Assembly: GCA_024276825.1 (NCBI GenBank)
Contig: JAJRWI010000007.1
Span: 1-64,000 of the forward strand
DNA from: an archaeon
Lineage (GTDB): Archaea > Asgardarchaeota > Thorarchaeia > Thorarchaeales > Thorarchaeaceae
Direction: 5' to 3'
DNA: 64,000 bases
Every line of letters begins with the position of its first letter. Positions within the stretch are counted from its first letter, which is position 1. A program made the translations under genes and the position numbers. Below, piece by piece: positions 1-9,604 of the stretch. The notes under the pieces were generated by a model. It ran no database searches. It was not told the DNA's origin and saw nothing but the letters and a program-made list of their open reading frames with translations.

Positions 1-1198
1 AAGTCGTTGGATGTGCATCAGTCGGTGTCCATGTGATGGAGTTGCCTGTGCCTCCCTCAGGATATGAGATGTCAGCAGGACTGTCAAGCACTGGAGGTGT
101 GCCATCTGAAACAGTAACCCACACCAAGTCTTTAGCAGTGTTTTCACCGACATCAGTCACTACAATTGTGTAGTTGTAGGTTCCCAAGCCAAGTCCATCG
201 ATGTTTATGGTTATGGGGTTTCCGGAAGTCCAACTACCCGATGCAACAAGAGTCCCATTTCTGTATATCTCGTAAGTCGTTGGATTTGCATCGGTTGGTG
301 TCCATGTGATGGAGTTGCCAGTGGCACCCTCATCATAGGCAACATCAGCAGGACTGTCAAGCACTGGCGCAATCACGTCTGATACAGTGACCCACACAAG
401 GTCTGTGGCTACGTTATTACCAACATCAGACACTACAATAGTGTAGTTGTAAACACCAACACCAAGTCCATCCACATTGATAGTTATTGGATTCCCTGAG
501 GTCCAGCTGCCCGAGTCAACAAGAGTCCCATTTCTGTAGATCTCGTAAGTCGTTGGATGTGCGTCAGTCGGTGTCCATGTGATGGAGTTGCCAGTGGCAC
601 CCTCATTGTAGGCAACATCAGCAGGACTATCGACTACTGGGGCAGTCCCGTCCGATACAGTGACCCACACAAGGTCTGTGGCTATATTATTGCCAACATC
701 AGTCACTGCAATGGTATAGTTGTAGGTTCCTAGACCGAGCCCATCCACATTGATAGTTATTGGATTCCCTGAGGTCCAGCTGCCCGAGTCAACAAGAGTC
801 CCATTTCTATAGATCTCGTAAGTCGTTGGATGTGCATCAGTCGGTGTCCATGTGATGGAGTTGCCAGTTGCACCCTCATCGTATGCTACATCTGCAGGAC
901 TGTCCACAGTTGGAGCTGTTCCATCGTAGACTGTCGCCCAGACAAGGTCTTTTGCAGTATTGCCAGCAACATCGCTCACAACAATTGTATAGTTATAGGT
1001 GCCAAGACTCAGTCCATCTATATTGATTGTGATTGGAACACCTGATGACCAACTTCCAGAGTTAACAACGGTTCCGTTCCTATAAACATCATAGGTTGAC
1101 GGGTTTGTGTCTGTTGCTGTCCAAGAAATTGTGTTACCAGTTGATCCCTCAGCAATATTCTGGTCTGCAGGACTATCTATTGTTGGAGGGGTTGTGTC
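1..1198 (-). repeat. Intragenic tandem repeat, 273-bp period, 4 full units plus a partial fifth
   Basis: aagtcgttgga recurs at 1, 274, 547 and 820; units start on the minus strand at 1198, 925, 652, 379 and 106; about 125 bp at 470-600 and 743-873 differ by only 2 nt. Confidence 0.95.
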
Positions 1199-1669
1199 TG
1201 GTGTAACAACTGAAACAGCAATATCAAGACTGGCTCCATCCAGATTTACATCGGCCGTCCAGAATCTTATTGTATAGGATCCTGCAGATTGTGGAGTAAT
1301 AGTGTATGTCACTGTCATTGCTCCTGCAGCAGGATTGGTGTCATAGGTCCCATCATCATCAATTACTGCTGTATCACCAGAGGGCGAAAATGTAAATTGA
1401 CCATTATCGGCCCAGGTATTGTAAGCTTTTATCGCTGTACTTCCAGTGGCCTCTCCACTTGATACATCAATAACCAGAGCAAAGGGCACTCCCACTGTGG
1501 CACTCACAGTACCAGTGGCATTTGAGGAGATTGAAATTCCGCTTCCGGTATGACAACCACCACACTCACTGGTATAGGTAGGATATGCCAGGGTTGAGTA
1601 TGCTCCTGCGATAATGAATAGACCAAGGCCCACTATTAGAGTTAGAGCAAGTTTCTCCTTCCTTTTCAT
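1..1669 (-). CDS. Secreted/surface protein (runs off the left edge): signal peptide, CxxCH motif, beta-rich domain, then tandem 91-aa Ig-like repeats
   Basis: Absent from the ORF track because no stop lies in the window. Hand translation from ATG at 1669: MKRKEKLALTLIVGLGLFIIAGAYSTLAYPTYTSECGGCHTGSG..., followed by repeats of D.T.P..DSPAD..Y.EG.TGNSITWTPTD.HPTTYEIYRNGTLV.SGSWTSGNPITIN.DGLG.G.YNYTIVV.D..N.A.DLVWVTV. Confidence 0.88.
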   Translation of the reverse strand, partial: MKRKEKLALTLIVGLGLFIIAGAYSTLAYPTYTSECGGCHTGSGISISSNATGTVSATVGVPFALVIDVSSGEATGSTAIKAYNTWADNGQFTFSPSGDTAVIDDDGTYDTNPAAGAMTVTYTITPQSAGSYTIRFWTADVNLDGASLDIAVSVVTPDTTPPTIDSPADQNIAEGSTGNTISWTATDTNPSTYDVYRNGTVVNSGSWSSGVPITINIDGLSLGTYNYTIVVSDVAGNTAKDLVWATVYDGTAPTVDSPADVAYDEGATGNSITWTPTDAHPTTYEIYRNGTLVDSGSWTSGNPITINVDGLGLGTYNYTIAVTDVGNNIATDLVWVTVSDGTAPVVDSPADVAYNEGATGNSITWTPTDAHPTTYEIYRNGTLVDSGSWTSGNPITINVDGLGVGVYNYTIVVSDVGNNVATDLVWVTVSDVIAPVLDSPADVAYDEGATGNSITWTPTDANPTTYEIYRNGTLVASGSWTSGNPITINIDGLGLGTYNYTIVVTDVGENTAKDLVWVTVSDGTPPVLDSPADISYPEGGTGNSITWTPTDAHPTT

Positions 1670-2076
1670 TATCTAATCACCGAACTCATTTTGCCTTCAA
1701 TTTGTAATTGTTTAATGGCATGCGGTCGCACAAAAAATGACCTAATAAGTATAGTGCCAAAATATGACGAATTTCGTCATGAAAACGATTTTTTTGTTAT
1801 AATTCTTAACATTGAAATATTGCTTTTTATTGATTTACATACTTTTGATAAATTATTAAACATAAATGCGAATTTAAATTTCAATTATTGACATATATTG
1901 ATATTTCAAAGTTATTCTCAAGTTAATTTGACAGATGGCTCTTGGCATTTCTAGAGATCTGTTCAATGAGAATGTAATCAAGAAACAGCAGGATAAGAGC
2001 AAGTCATCAATCAAATTGGTTTTACAACAATGTTTTTATTAACACGAATTGCGATTCTATCTGTCTAGACAGACAG

Positions 2077-2646
2077 GTGTTTTCTGTGGTCGAGTTCCCA
2101 GCTATTGTGATTAAGACGCGGTCATTACTGACTCTGAGAGGATACAAGGTAGACGAGGTTCTAGAGTATGAGGACAGATATGTGATGCACCCAGAGAAAG
2201 AGACTGAAAAGGGTGTTCACAGAATGGTTGTGTGGGTCCTCAAGGAGCCTAAGGTTGTGGGTGTTGCCATAGTCAGAGATATCGTCAATGAGATGGAAGA
2301 AGTAGAGGCTCAGGGGGGAATGCTTGTTGGCGGGTCTCGATTCACACCAGCCTCAAAGAAGCATGCTCGTGACACACGGATTGAATTAATTGAGGGCGGC
2401 TATGCATCATTCGATCTCTTTGAGCATGAACTGGTTCCCAAGCATGTCATTGCGGACGAGTCAGAGGTGCAACTGATTCTAGATCATTATGGCATAAAAC
2501 GAACACAACTACCAAGAATTCTCAGGGATGATCCTGCTGCGAAAGTTCTTGGAGCAAAGCCGGGTCAAGTCTTACGAATTGAGAGGGACAGCCATACTGC
2601 AGGCAAGACATACTACTACCGCCTTGTTGTTGATGGACACCGCTAG
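2077..2646 (+). CDS. rpo5: DNA-directed RNA polymerase subunit Rpo5/RpoH with an extra N-terminal Rpb5 jaw-like domain
   Basis: C-terminal HELVPKH...LPRI...DPAAK.LGAKPGQVLRIER.S.TAG...YYRLVV is the RpoH signature; the N-terminal ~110 aa carry RGY, VGV and TPAS as in eukaryotic Rpb5. Confidence 0.92.
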   Translation: MFSVVEFPAIVIKTRSLLTLRGYKVDEVLEYEDRYVMHPEKETEKGVHRMVVWVLKEPKVVGVAIVRDIVNEMEEVEAQGGMLVGGSRFTPASKKHARDTRIELIEGGYASFDLFEHELVPKHVIADESEVQLILDHYGIKRTQLPRILRDDPAAKVLGAKPGQVLRIERDSHTAGKTYYYRLVVDGHR

Positions 2647-3422
2647 AGAACAATTATGCCAAAGTAGACTGCAAACATGAACATTATGAATGTTGATATG
2701 AATGGTACCGTTATGTTATCAGTTCCTTTTGGACTAAACAGTTCAACTATTGTTGCAGTCAATGATCCTACGAGTACTATCATAAAAATTGTGAACCATT
2801 GAATCTCACCAGCAATTACTAAGAGCCCAAAGTTAACAACACCAAAGAACCAGAATGCTAACAAAGCACCTAGGAACCCAAAGAGGAATAGAGCAAATGT
2901 GCCATGCAGGCTTCTTATTGATCCAAAGATTTTACGTGTGTGATTAGACCCATATTTCATTCCTATTGGTGCAGACATACCATCGCCAAGCATCATAATC
3001 TGTATACCTGCCGCTGCAACAAAGTACCAGGATTCATGTCCTGTAAATGTGAAAAGTCCAGTGAGTATTGTTATTGAGACCGCATACCAAAACGGACCTC
3101 GTACACTTCCGTGCTCAAGGTCTTCAGGCCGAGCCATTGCCTCAAAAAACTTGCTGAATCGCTCCCGTCCTGCTAGACCAAGCATGATCACAAAGGTCAA
3201 TGCGACCAGAGTGGCCACCCAGGGATGAGAGTAGTAGGGAACAGACCAGATTGCAAAGCCAGCAAAGAGATGAATTATTTTTCTTGTGAAGTCAGGGCTC
3301 ATATTCATCTTTCGCCTAACGATATCACCCAATGAGAGGACGATCACAGCATACATGACAGCAATAAAGTACACAATGGCATCCCAGAGGTCTATTAAGA
3401 GCACAACTTGCATCAGACACAC
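2643..3422 (-). CDS. Polyprenol (phytol/dolichol) kinase family membrane protein
   Basis: RKIIH, GDGMSAPIGMKYG, RSLHG and ELFSPKGTDNITVP motifs; multiple TM helices. Confidence 0.8.
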   Translation of the reverse strand: MCLMQVVLLIDLWDAIVYFIAVMYAVIVLSLGDIVRRKMNMSPDFTRKIIHLFAGFAIWSVPYYSHPWVATLVALTFVIMLGLAGRERFSKFFEAMARPEDLEHGSVRGPFWYAVSITILTGLFTFTGHESWYFVAAAGIQIMMLGDGMSAPIGMKYGSNHTRKIFGSIRSLHGTFALFLFGFLGALLAFWFFGVVNFGLLVIAGEIQWFTIFMIVLVGSLTATIVELFSPKGTDNITVPFISTFIMFMFAVYFGIIVL

Positions 3423-3466
3423 ACCACGTGCAGCTGATGAAAATCCAACACAATAATCTATCGGAA

Positions 3467-4282
3467 TTAAATATTATCCATGGGCTCTATTGTCTTCAGA
3501 CCAGTTGCTTCCTCTAAGCTTGCTATTGCGGATTCCACAAGGTCGTGCAACTCAGAATCATTCTCACCACGTGCAGACACCCAGACCTTGAGCACATTGG
3601 AAGTCCCATAGGTTGCAGGCATTGACTTGATATAGACTCCCTTGTGCTTCTTCATCACAGGGTCAATATGAGGTGCGAACATCGTCTCATCCCTTATTGG
3701 GAAATATACGACCTTTTCAACATAAGATGATGAAACATTCTCTTTGATCCAGGGAATGACAGAGTTTTCAAAAATGAACTTTAATTCACTTGGCACTCCG
3801 GGAAGACAAAAGATAATAGCCTTACCAATTGACAGTTTTACGCCAGGTGCCCCACCAACTCGATTGTCGAGAGGTAAAGCACCTTCTGGAATAATGGCCA
3901 TTTTTCTTCGGCTATCAGTTATTTCAGGGCTTTCAACAATCCCCCTTTCAAAGAGAATTTGATATTGCCTTTTCACTATTGCCAGTGCTTCAGGGTTCTC
4001 GCACATTGGAAGCTCAAATCTCTGAGCAATAGCAGCAAGTGTCATATCATCATGAGTTGGTCCGAGACCCCCAGATGTCAGGATCAGATCACAGGTTTCA
4101 AGGAGAAAGTCAAGGCCCCTGCCAATCTCACCAATGTCATCGCGAACACATGCAAGTCGTACATTTTTCACTCCAAGTGCCACAAGTCTGAGTTCCATCC
4201 AATTGGCGTTTGTGTCAACTACAAGACCATCAAGAACCTCATTTCCAATTGTCAGAATTCCCGCAGTCAATATTTCAGTCAT
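3467..4282 (-). CDS. CinA-like (MoCF_biosynth-domain) protein
   Basis: IGNEVLDG.VVDTN, SGGLGPTHDDMT, GGAPG and LPGVPSE motifs; start placed at the ATG at 4282, just past the upstream stop. Confidence 0.85.
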   Translation of the reverse strand: MTEILTAGILTIGNEVLDGLVVDTNANWMELRLVALGVKNVRLACVRDDIGEIGRGLDFLLETCDLILTSGGLGPTHDDMTLAAIAQRFELPMCENPEALAIVKRQYQILFERGIVESPEITDSRRKMAIIPEGALPLDNRVGGAPGVKLSIGKAIIFCLPGVPSELKFIFENSVIPWIKENVSSSYVEKVVYFPIRDETMFAPHIDPVMKKHKGVYIKSMPATYGTSNVLKVWVSARGENDSELHDLVESAIASLEEATGLKTIEPMDNI

Positions 4283-4283
4283 G

Positions 4284-4937
4284 TCAATCACCATTCCAAA
4301 TAAGCTCTCGTTGCAGATTTTCACTGATGTCTTTCAAGATTTGTAGCCTCTCTCGTGCCATTTTGCGAGCAAGTTCAGTATGCATACTGTTGGCGATTTG
4401 AGTGGCTAATGGAATGAACTCATGTAAGTCCTTTGCAAATGCCCTTAAATTCCGGCCAGGCCTTATCTTGAGACCATTTATCAGATAGTGAATGAATCCA
4501 GTCACTCCAAGTTTAACCAGCTTATCTGCTTCCCAGACAATCTGGGCTTCAATTGGTTGAAGGGGCTGTTTCAAAGTGAGACCAACATGCATTTCTATCA
4601 CCTCACAAATCCTATCAATCAAGTCATGGGCCATTCCTTTGGATTCAAGAATGGCCCGAGCCATTTTGGCTCCTTCCACTCCATGTTTGTTCTTTCCACC
4701 AAGGCCAGGTTTTGCAACATCGTGAAGCCAAGCACCCATTGTCACAATGAATTTGTCTGCACCTTCCGCTTCTGCAATCGATCTGGATATTCGTACAACT
4801 TCTCTAACATGATCAAACCTATAATCGTAGAGTGGAGGAATGCTGTCAGTCTGTGCACTTGACCATTCAGTCCTTGCTGTTTCTTGTGTTGCATCTCGAA
4901 TGACTTTGATAATTTCGTCCTCAATGCCAGCGTCCAT
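4284..4937 (-). CDS. HD-domain phosphohydrolase
   Basis: DHVREV...WLHDVAK...H...EADKL. Confidence 0.85.
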   Translation of the reverse strand: MDAGIEDEIIKVIRDATQETARTEWSSAQTDSIPPLYDYRFDHVREVVRISRSIAEAEGADKFIVTMGAWLHDVAKPGLGGKNKHGVEGAKMARAILESKGMAHDLIDRICEVIEMHVGLTLKQPLQPIEAQIVWEADKLVKLGVTGFIHYLINGLKIRPGRNLRAFAKDLHEFIPLATQIANSMHTELARKMARERLQILKDISENLQRELIWNGD

Positions 4938-5044
4938 TGATTGAACTCACCTTCTTGAAACCTTTACACCTTCATAGACATTTGTGAAGTGATATCAGAA
5001 TTGAACAGGCTGGATGACTTCAATGTTTCTAAGTACTGATATAA

Positions 5045-5800
5045 TCAAGTTCCAATTTTCTTATACAACCGAAGAGTGTTTTCCAAAACTATCTCTGCAA
5101 GTTCATCAACATTGCGTCCGAGAATCTCTGCCACTGCTTTAAGTGCAGTCCAGACATTAGTAGGTGCGTTCTCTTCACCACGTATCGGTGCTAAGACTGG
5201 ACTATCAGTTTCAACAAGCAAGTGCTCGATATCAACAGCTCGTACCAACTTCTGTTTCTGGGGAGACCGTACAACTGAAGATGGAATTGAGAAATAATAG
5301 CCATAGTCTCTTGATGCAACTCTAGCAATACTACTCTTTCCATCAAACGCATGCATATGCACATTGTCTGCAGAGGTGTTTCTTAGAATTTCTATTGCTC
5401 TTTTGCCAGCAGAACGTGAGTGGACTTGGATTGGCAGGGAGAGCTCGTGGGCAAGAGCAATTAGCTCACGAAAGGCCAGTTCTTGCTTATCTCTTTCTTT
5501 ATGGTCTCTAACAAGATAATGATCAATCCCAATTTCACCAATTGCAATAATGTCTGAACTGAGATCTCTTATCCTTTCAATAGCTGTTTCAAATCGGTCA
5601 TACTCCAAAGCATCGAGTCCAAGACTTGTGAACACATTAGCATGTTTAGTAGAAATATCGAGATTTGCATTATATTCTTCGGGCAGTATTGCTGATGAGA
5701 TTATCGCCACATTTTGCTTTTCAGCATTCTTCACTATCTGGTCCAATCTATTTTCTTTAAGGAAAAATGTAAGGTGACAATGAGTGTCAATTATTCGCAT
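5045..5800 (-). CDS. tatD: TatD family deoxyribonuclease
   Basis: IDTHCH, IGEIGID, VHSR, HMH and LVETDSP motifs; start placed at MRIIDTH. Confidence 0.88.
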   Translation of the reverse strand: MRIIDTHCHLTFFLKENRLDQIVKNAEKQNVAIISSAILPEEYNANLDISTKHANVFTSLGLDALEYDRFETAIERIRDLSSDIIAIGEIGIDHYLVRDHKERDKQELAFRELIALAHELSLPIQVHSRSAGKRAIEILRNTSADNVHMHAFDGKSSIARVASRDYGYYFSIPSSVVRSPQKQKLVRAVDIEHLLVETDSPVLAPIRGEENAPTNVWTALKAVAEILGRNVDELAEIVLENTLRLYKKIGT

Positions 5801-6061
5801 TATTGCATTCCTCAAACTCATCAATTAGATGAGTGAAGCTGATGCAAATTGCTTGGTCATTCATCATATAAGTCCTTCAGCTTGTTGAATCAGCGGATTT
5901 GGTAAATTGCCTAGTCATTCATTATCTTGAGTAAAAAATCAACAACTCAGTTTTTTGATTGTTCAGAAAATGAAGAAACCTTAGTCAATGCCGTCATGAA
6001 AACAATGATAGCAAATGCCATTTATAAGACACATGGGCACATGCCAGTATGGTAGAATGCA

Positions 6062-7300
6062 ATGAGAGTCATGGTGATTTTAGGAACACGCCCCGAGTTC
6101 ATTAAGACCTGGTCCACTCTGAAGGCTCTTGATAATCATAGTGAGATAGAGTCGATAGTTGTTCATACAGGACAACATTATGATTTTGAGATGTCTCAGG
6201 TGTTCTTTGAGGAGTTATCAATTAGAGAGCCAGACTACTTCCTTGAAGTGGGTTCACATGATCTGACAGAGCAGACCATTAAGATAATGGGCAGGAGCAA
6301 AAAGGTGATTGAAGAAGTAAAGCCAGACCTTCTTTTGGTACAGGGGGACACCAATAGTACAATGGCCACCGCTCTGACTTCAGTTCAATGCAGAGTGCCC
6401 GTGGGGCACATTGAGGCAGGGTGCCGTTCATATGACTTGTCCATGCCAGAAGAACTTAATCGAATTGTGATTGATTCTATTTCAGCCATTCATTTTGCAC
6501 CTAGCGAAGTGTCGTATCATAACTTGCTACGCGAGGGTCATAATCCCAACAGAGTGTTTCTCGTTGGAAATACCGCAAAGGATGCTCTTGATGAGGGGAT
6601 TAGATTAATTGGAAACTCGCCTTTAAAGAATGAACAGTTTGCTATCGTCACAATTCATAGAGCAGGAAACGTAGACAATCGTTCGCGTTTACTCGAAATA
6701 CTTCAAGGATTGAAATCAATCCAAATGAGGTGCATATTTCCAATTCATCCCCGTACAAAGAAGCGCATCAATGAGTTTGAGTTCATGGATATTATTAATG
6801 GTTCAAATATTGAACTCGTGAACCCCATGGGATACTTGAGCTTCTTGAGATTAATGCAAGACTCACAATTAGTCATAACCGACAGTGGAGGAGTTCAGGA
6901 GGAGGCTGCTCTTTTGGGAAAGCCCACTCTGACCGTTAGAAACAATACTGAATGGCCCGAAACCATTTGGAGGGGATATAATATTCTGGTAAGCGCAGAC
7001 GCCAATGAGATCAAATCAAGGGCCAAAGAAGTTCTATCAAGAGACTTGAGAGAGCCTGACAAGTTATATCAGTCTGGTGCTGGCCAGAGAATAGTGGACA
7101 TTATTTTATCAATGCACAGAAAAAATGCCCTAGGATTCAAGCAATTGGATATGATTCAAACTGGCTATCCACAACTTGCACTTTCAACGGATCAGAAAAA
7201 CGGTGCAATGTTTGGATTCACTAAAAATGGCAGTTTCACAACATCGGAAATGAAATATATCGTTTTATTGAAATATCGTAAACTTAAGATGGAAGAATGA
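6062..7300 (+). CDS. wecB: UDP-N-acetylglucosamine 2-epimerase (non-hydrolysing)
   Basis: GTRPE, HTGQHYD, QGDT, HIEAG.RS, PEE.NR and DSGGVQEEA motifs. Confidence 0.92.
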   Translation: MRVMVILGTRPEFIKTWSTLKALDNHSEIESIVVHTGQHYDFEMSQVFFEELSIREPDYFLEVGSHDLTEQTIKIMGRSKKVIEEVKPDLLLVQGDTNSTMATALTSVQCRVPVGHIEAGCRSYDLSMPEELNRIVIDSISAIHFAPSEVSYHNLLREGHNPNRVFLVGNTAKDALDEGIRLIGNSPLKNEQFAIVTIHRAGNVDNRSRLLEILQGLKSIQMRCIFPIHPRTKKRINEFEFMDIINGSNIELVNPMGYLSFLRLMQDSQLVITDSGGVQEEAALLGKPTLTVRNNTEWPETIWRGYNILVSADANEIKSRAKEVLSRDLREPDKLYQSGAGQRIVDIILSMHRKNALGFKQLDMIQTGYPQLALSTDQKNGAMFGFTKNGSFTTSEMKYIVLLKYRKLKMEE

Positions 7301-7327
7301 ACCTGATGTGATTTGCAAATCTGCAAC

Positions 7328-8152
7328 TCATCTTTTGGCAAGACTCTCTATGAGGTGATAGTAGTCTTCTAGCGTTGTGATCTTGAAACTTGTAACAATC
7401 TCGCCAGTATCAGTCAGTACCTTTCCAGGAGATTCAGCACATGTAGTTTGAAGAAATTCCAGAGCAGTCTTGCTTAGCACATCCTTGGAAGTAAGTCCTT
7501 TCAAATCAAGGTACCATTCGTATTTTTGAAGGATTTCCGGCATCTGAGTGTGTGGAATCTTGTCGTCGGTTGTTCTGTCAACTATGGTAAGTTCCAGTTG
7601 GTTCTGCTCTGCAAAGGCAATTGCTTCATCAAGACAATCCTTTGCTCCTTTTGTAATCCTGATAAACAATGCAGTATTGGGTCTTCGCACCCCAGGAGGT
7701 GCAGGTTTGAAAATGGGACTAATAGGGGTCCCATAGTATTCGCCCCATTGAGCGATGTCCTTTGTGGAGCAGATTCTCTTGGTGGCCAACCTGGCTTGCC
7801 AGGGTAGTTTCTTTTTATCACGAATCTCTGCACCATGAAATTGTAGAATAATAGGAGTAAACGGTGCAAAAAGACGGATTGTAGGTAGCAATTCATATAC
7901 TTGTCTGATCAAGATCACATTTGGTCTAAATGTCAAAATCGTCTTGATTATCTCAAAAAGATATCGAGCCACTCCGCCCTTAACACATTTGTAATCCCAG
8001 AATTCTTCGGAACAATTGTGCTTATGGAAAGCTTCACGAATGATTACTTTGCAGCGCCAGCCCTTTGATTCCATATATCGTGCAAGAGTTGCACTACTGC
8101 ATGTGATGTCCCAGATTTGAAGCAGTCGTTTTTGTTTCAATGCAGGTGCCAA
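7328..8152 (-). CDS. Putative GT-B fold glycosyltransferase-like protein (divergent, short)
   Basis: FHGAEIR and IPHTQMPEILQKYEWYLD...SKTALE resemble GT4 elements; lies within the glycan cluster. Confidence 0.55.
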   Translation of the reverse strand: MAPALKQKRLLQIWDITCSSATLARYMESKGWRCKVIIREAFHKHNCSEEFWDYKCVKGGVARYLFEIIKTILTFRPNVILIRQVYELLPTIRLFAPFTPIILQFHGAEIRDKKKLPWQARLATKRICSTKDIAQWGEYYGTPISPIFKPAPPGVRRPNTALFIRITKGAKDCLDEAIAFAEQNQLELTIVDRTTDDKIPHTQMPEILQKYEWYLDLKGLTSKDVLSKTALEFLQTTCAESPGKVLTDTGEIVTSFKITTLEDYYHLIESLAKR

Positions 8153-8355
8153 CCCGAGTCAGTTATTTCTAGAAGCACTTGATTAGTGTTCTGATAACTG
8201 GCCTTATTTCATTTCGAGAAGAATAGCAGATTTGAGCAATTAAAAGTTCTGCCATGCCATGGTCCAGTTCCTTGAAACGATATTGAATTTCATTGATTAG
8301 TATGGCCTCTAGGGGCTCATTCCAAATGATAATGTTAATAATTCAGAGGGATTGA

Positions 8356-9363
8356 GTGAGGATGATGAGCGCATTGAAGATTTTACATATTTCGCATGCG
8401 GGGCTACCTGATGTTCGTGTGGAAAAAACTGCATTGACAATGAAGAAGCGAGGACATCATGTGGTCTTTCTGGGAGGCCAGCCAATCAATGGTCAACATC
8501 TGAATGTTTTCGATGAAACATATTACTTGCCATTAGGCAATTCTCTGCAAATTGTTTTTGATCCGCGTGTGAAAAGACGCTGGATTAAGAAAATTCGTGA
8601 GATAAATCCAGATTTTGTACATGCTCATAACTGTATTGTTGCACATTTTTTGATTGACGAGGATTTTCCTGTGATCTTTAATGATCATGAATTGATGAGT
8701 AAACAGACCTCCAAGTTTGAGATCCGTTCAATGACAAGACGGATGGCTGTCAAACCTCTAGTCAGGTCTTTTGCCAAATGGGAACATGAACTTGCAGAAC
8801 GATTTCCTGTCATCACTGTTCATCCAAATATGACAAAGGAATATCAAGGAATTACTAGATATGTAGCGACCGTTCCGAATGTTCCTACATATTCACAAGT
8901 TGAGGGTCTTGAGGAGAAACCCGAGAGACATGGGAATGTATATGTGGGCGGCGATTTTAGCCTGCCAAAGTTCATCCCCTACAGAAACTTGGAAGGTCTA
9001 AAAGAGTTGATTGATTTTGATATAATAACAGGGATTCCTCATCGGGAGATGCTACAACGCCTGATGAAATACGAAGTAGGTCTCACTGCTTGGCGCCCAC
9101 ACCCCTTTCATAAATACACAGATCCAAATCGAAACTATGAGTACTTCCATGGTGGTCTCCCGGTCCTTACAAACCACATAATCAAAACTGCCCTTTTTAT
9201 TGACTTGCCGTATGTTTTTGCATTCAATAAATATTCTGAGATACCGCAGATAATTGCAGATATGAAGAATGTTGATCACTCTTCAATTCGAAGATTTGCA
9301 CTGAACAATTTTATCTGGGAGAAACACGAAAATAAGATTGTAGATGCATACAATAAGATATGA
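8356..9363 (+). CDS. Glycosyltransferase family 4
   Basis: DVRVEK.A..M.K.GH.V, VHAHN, DHE and PNRNYEYFHGGLPV motifs. Confidence 0.75.
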   Translation: MRMMSALKILHISHAGLPDVRVEKTALTMKKRGHHVVFLGGQPINGQHLNVFDETYYLPLGNSLQIVFDPRVKRRWIKKIREINPDFVHAHNCIVAHFLIDEDFPVIFNDHELMSKQTSKFEIRSMTRRMAVKPLVRSFAKWEHELAERFPVITVHPNMTKEYQGITRYVATVPNVPTYSQVEGLEEKPERHGNVYVGGDFSLPKFIPYRNLEGLKELIDFDIITGIPHREMLQRLMKYEVGLTAWRPHPFHKYTDPNRNYEYFHGGLPVLTNHIIKTALFIDLPYVFAFNKYSEIPQIIADMKNVDHSSIRRFALNNFIWEKHENKIVDAYNKI

Positions 9364-9604
9364 GTCATTCTGTACTTCATAATAGAAAGGAAACTTGCCA
9401 TTCCATTTATGGAAGCCAATTAGCTCTATTGACCCAAGGTTGACATTATTCCAATTCGGATCTAAGCACATTTGATATTGGGAAACAAGAAATGAGTCAT
9501 AGGAAATAATTCGCTTACAATATGTACTTTTACAGTTCAATTGCATCATCAAAGTAACATCTGGTTTCGAATTATAATTGGATGAACTTTCATCCGTCCG
9601 AATT

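Noticed and set aside
1-1198. Repeats as a CRISPR array
   Set aside because: The period is 273 bp, in frame and protein-coding, with no repeat-spacer structure or cas genes
1691-2076. Very AT-rich stretch as a replication origin, and the 66-aa ORF within it
   Set aside because: No cdc6/orc1 or repeated ORB-like boxes seen; consistent with a divergent promoter region, and the ORF looks non-coding
9283-9552. 89-aa minus-strand ORF between the GT4 and neuA-pseG genes
   Set aside because: Overlaps the GT4 end, has no recognisable motif and lies in AT-rich spacer
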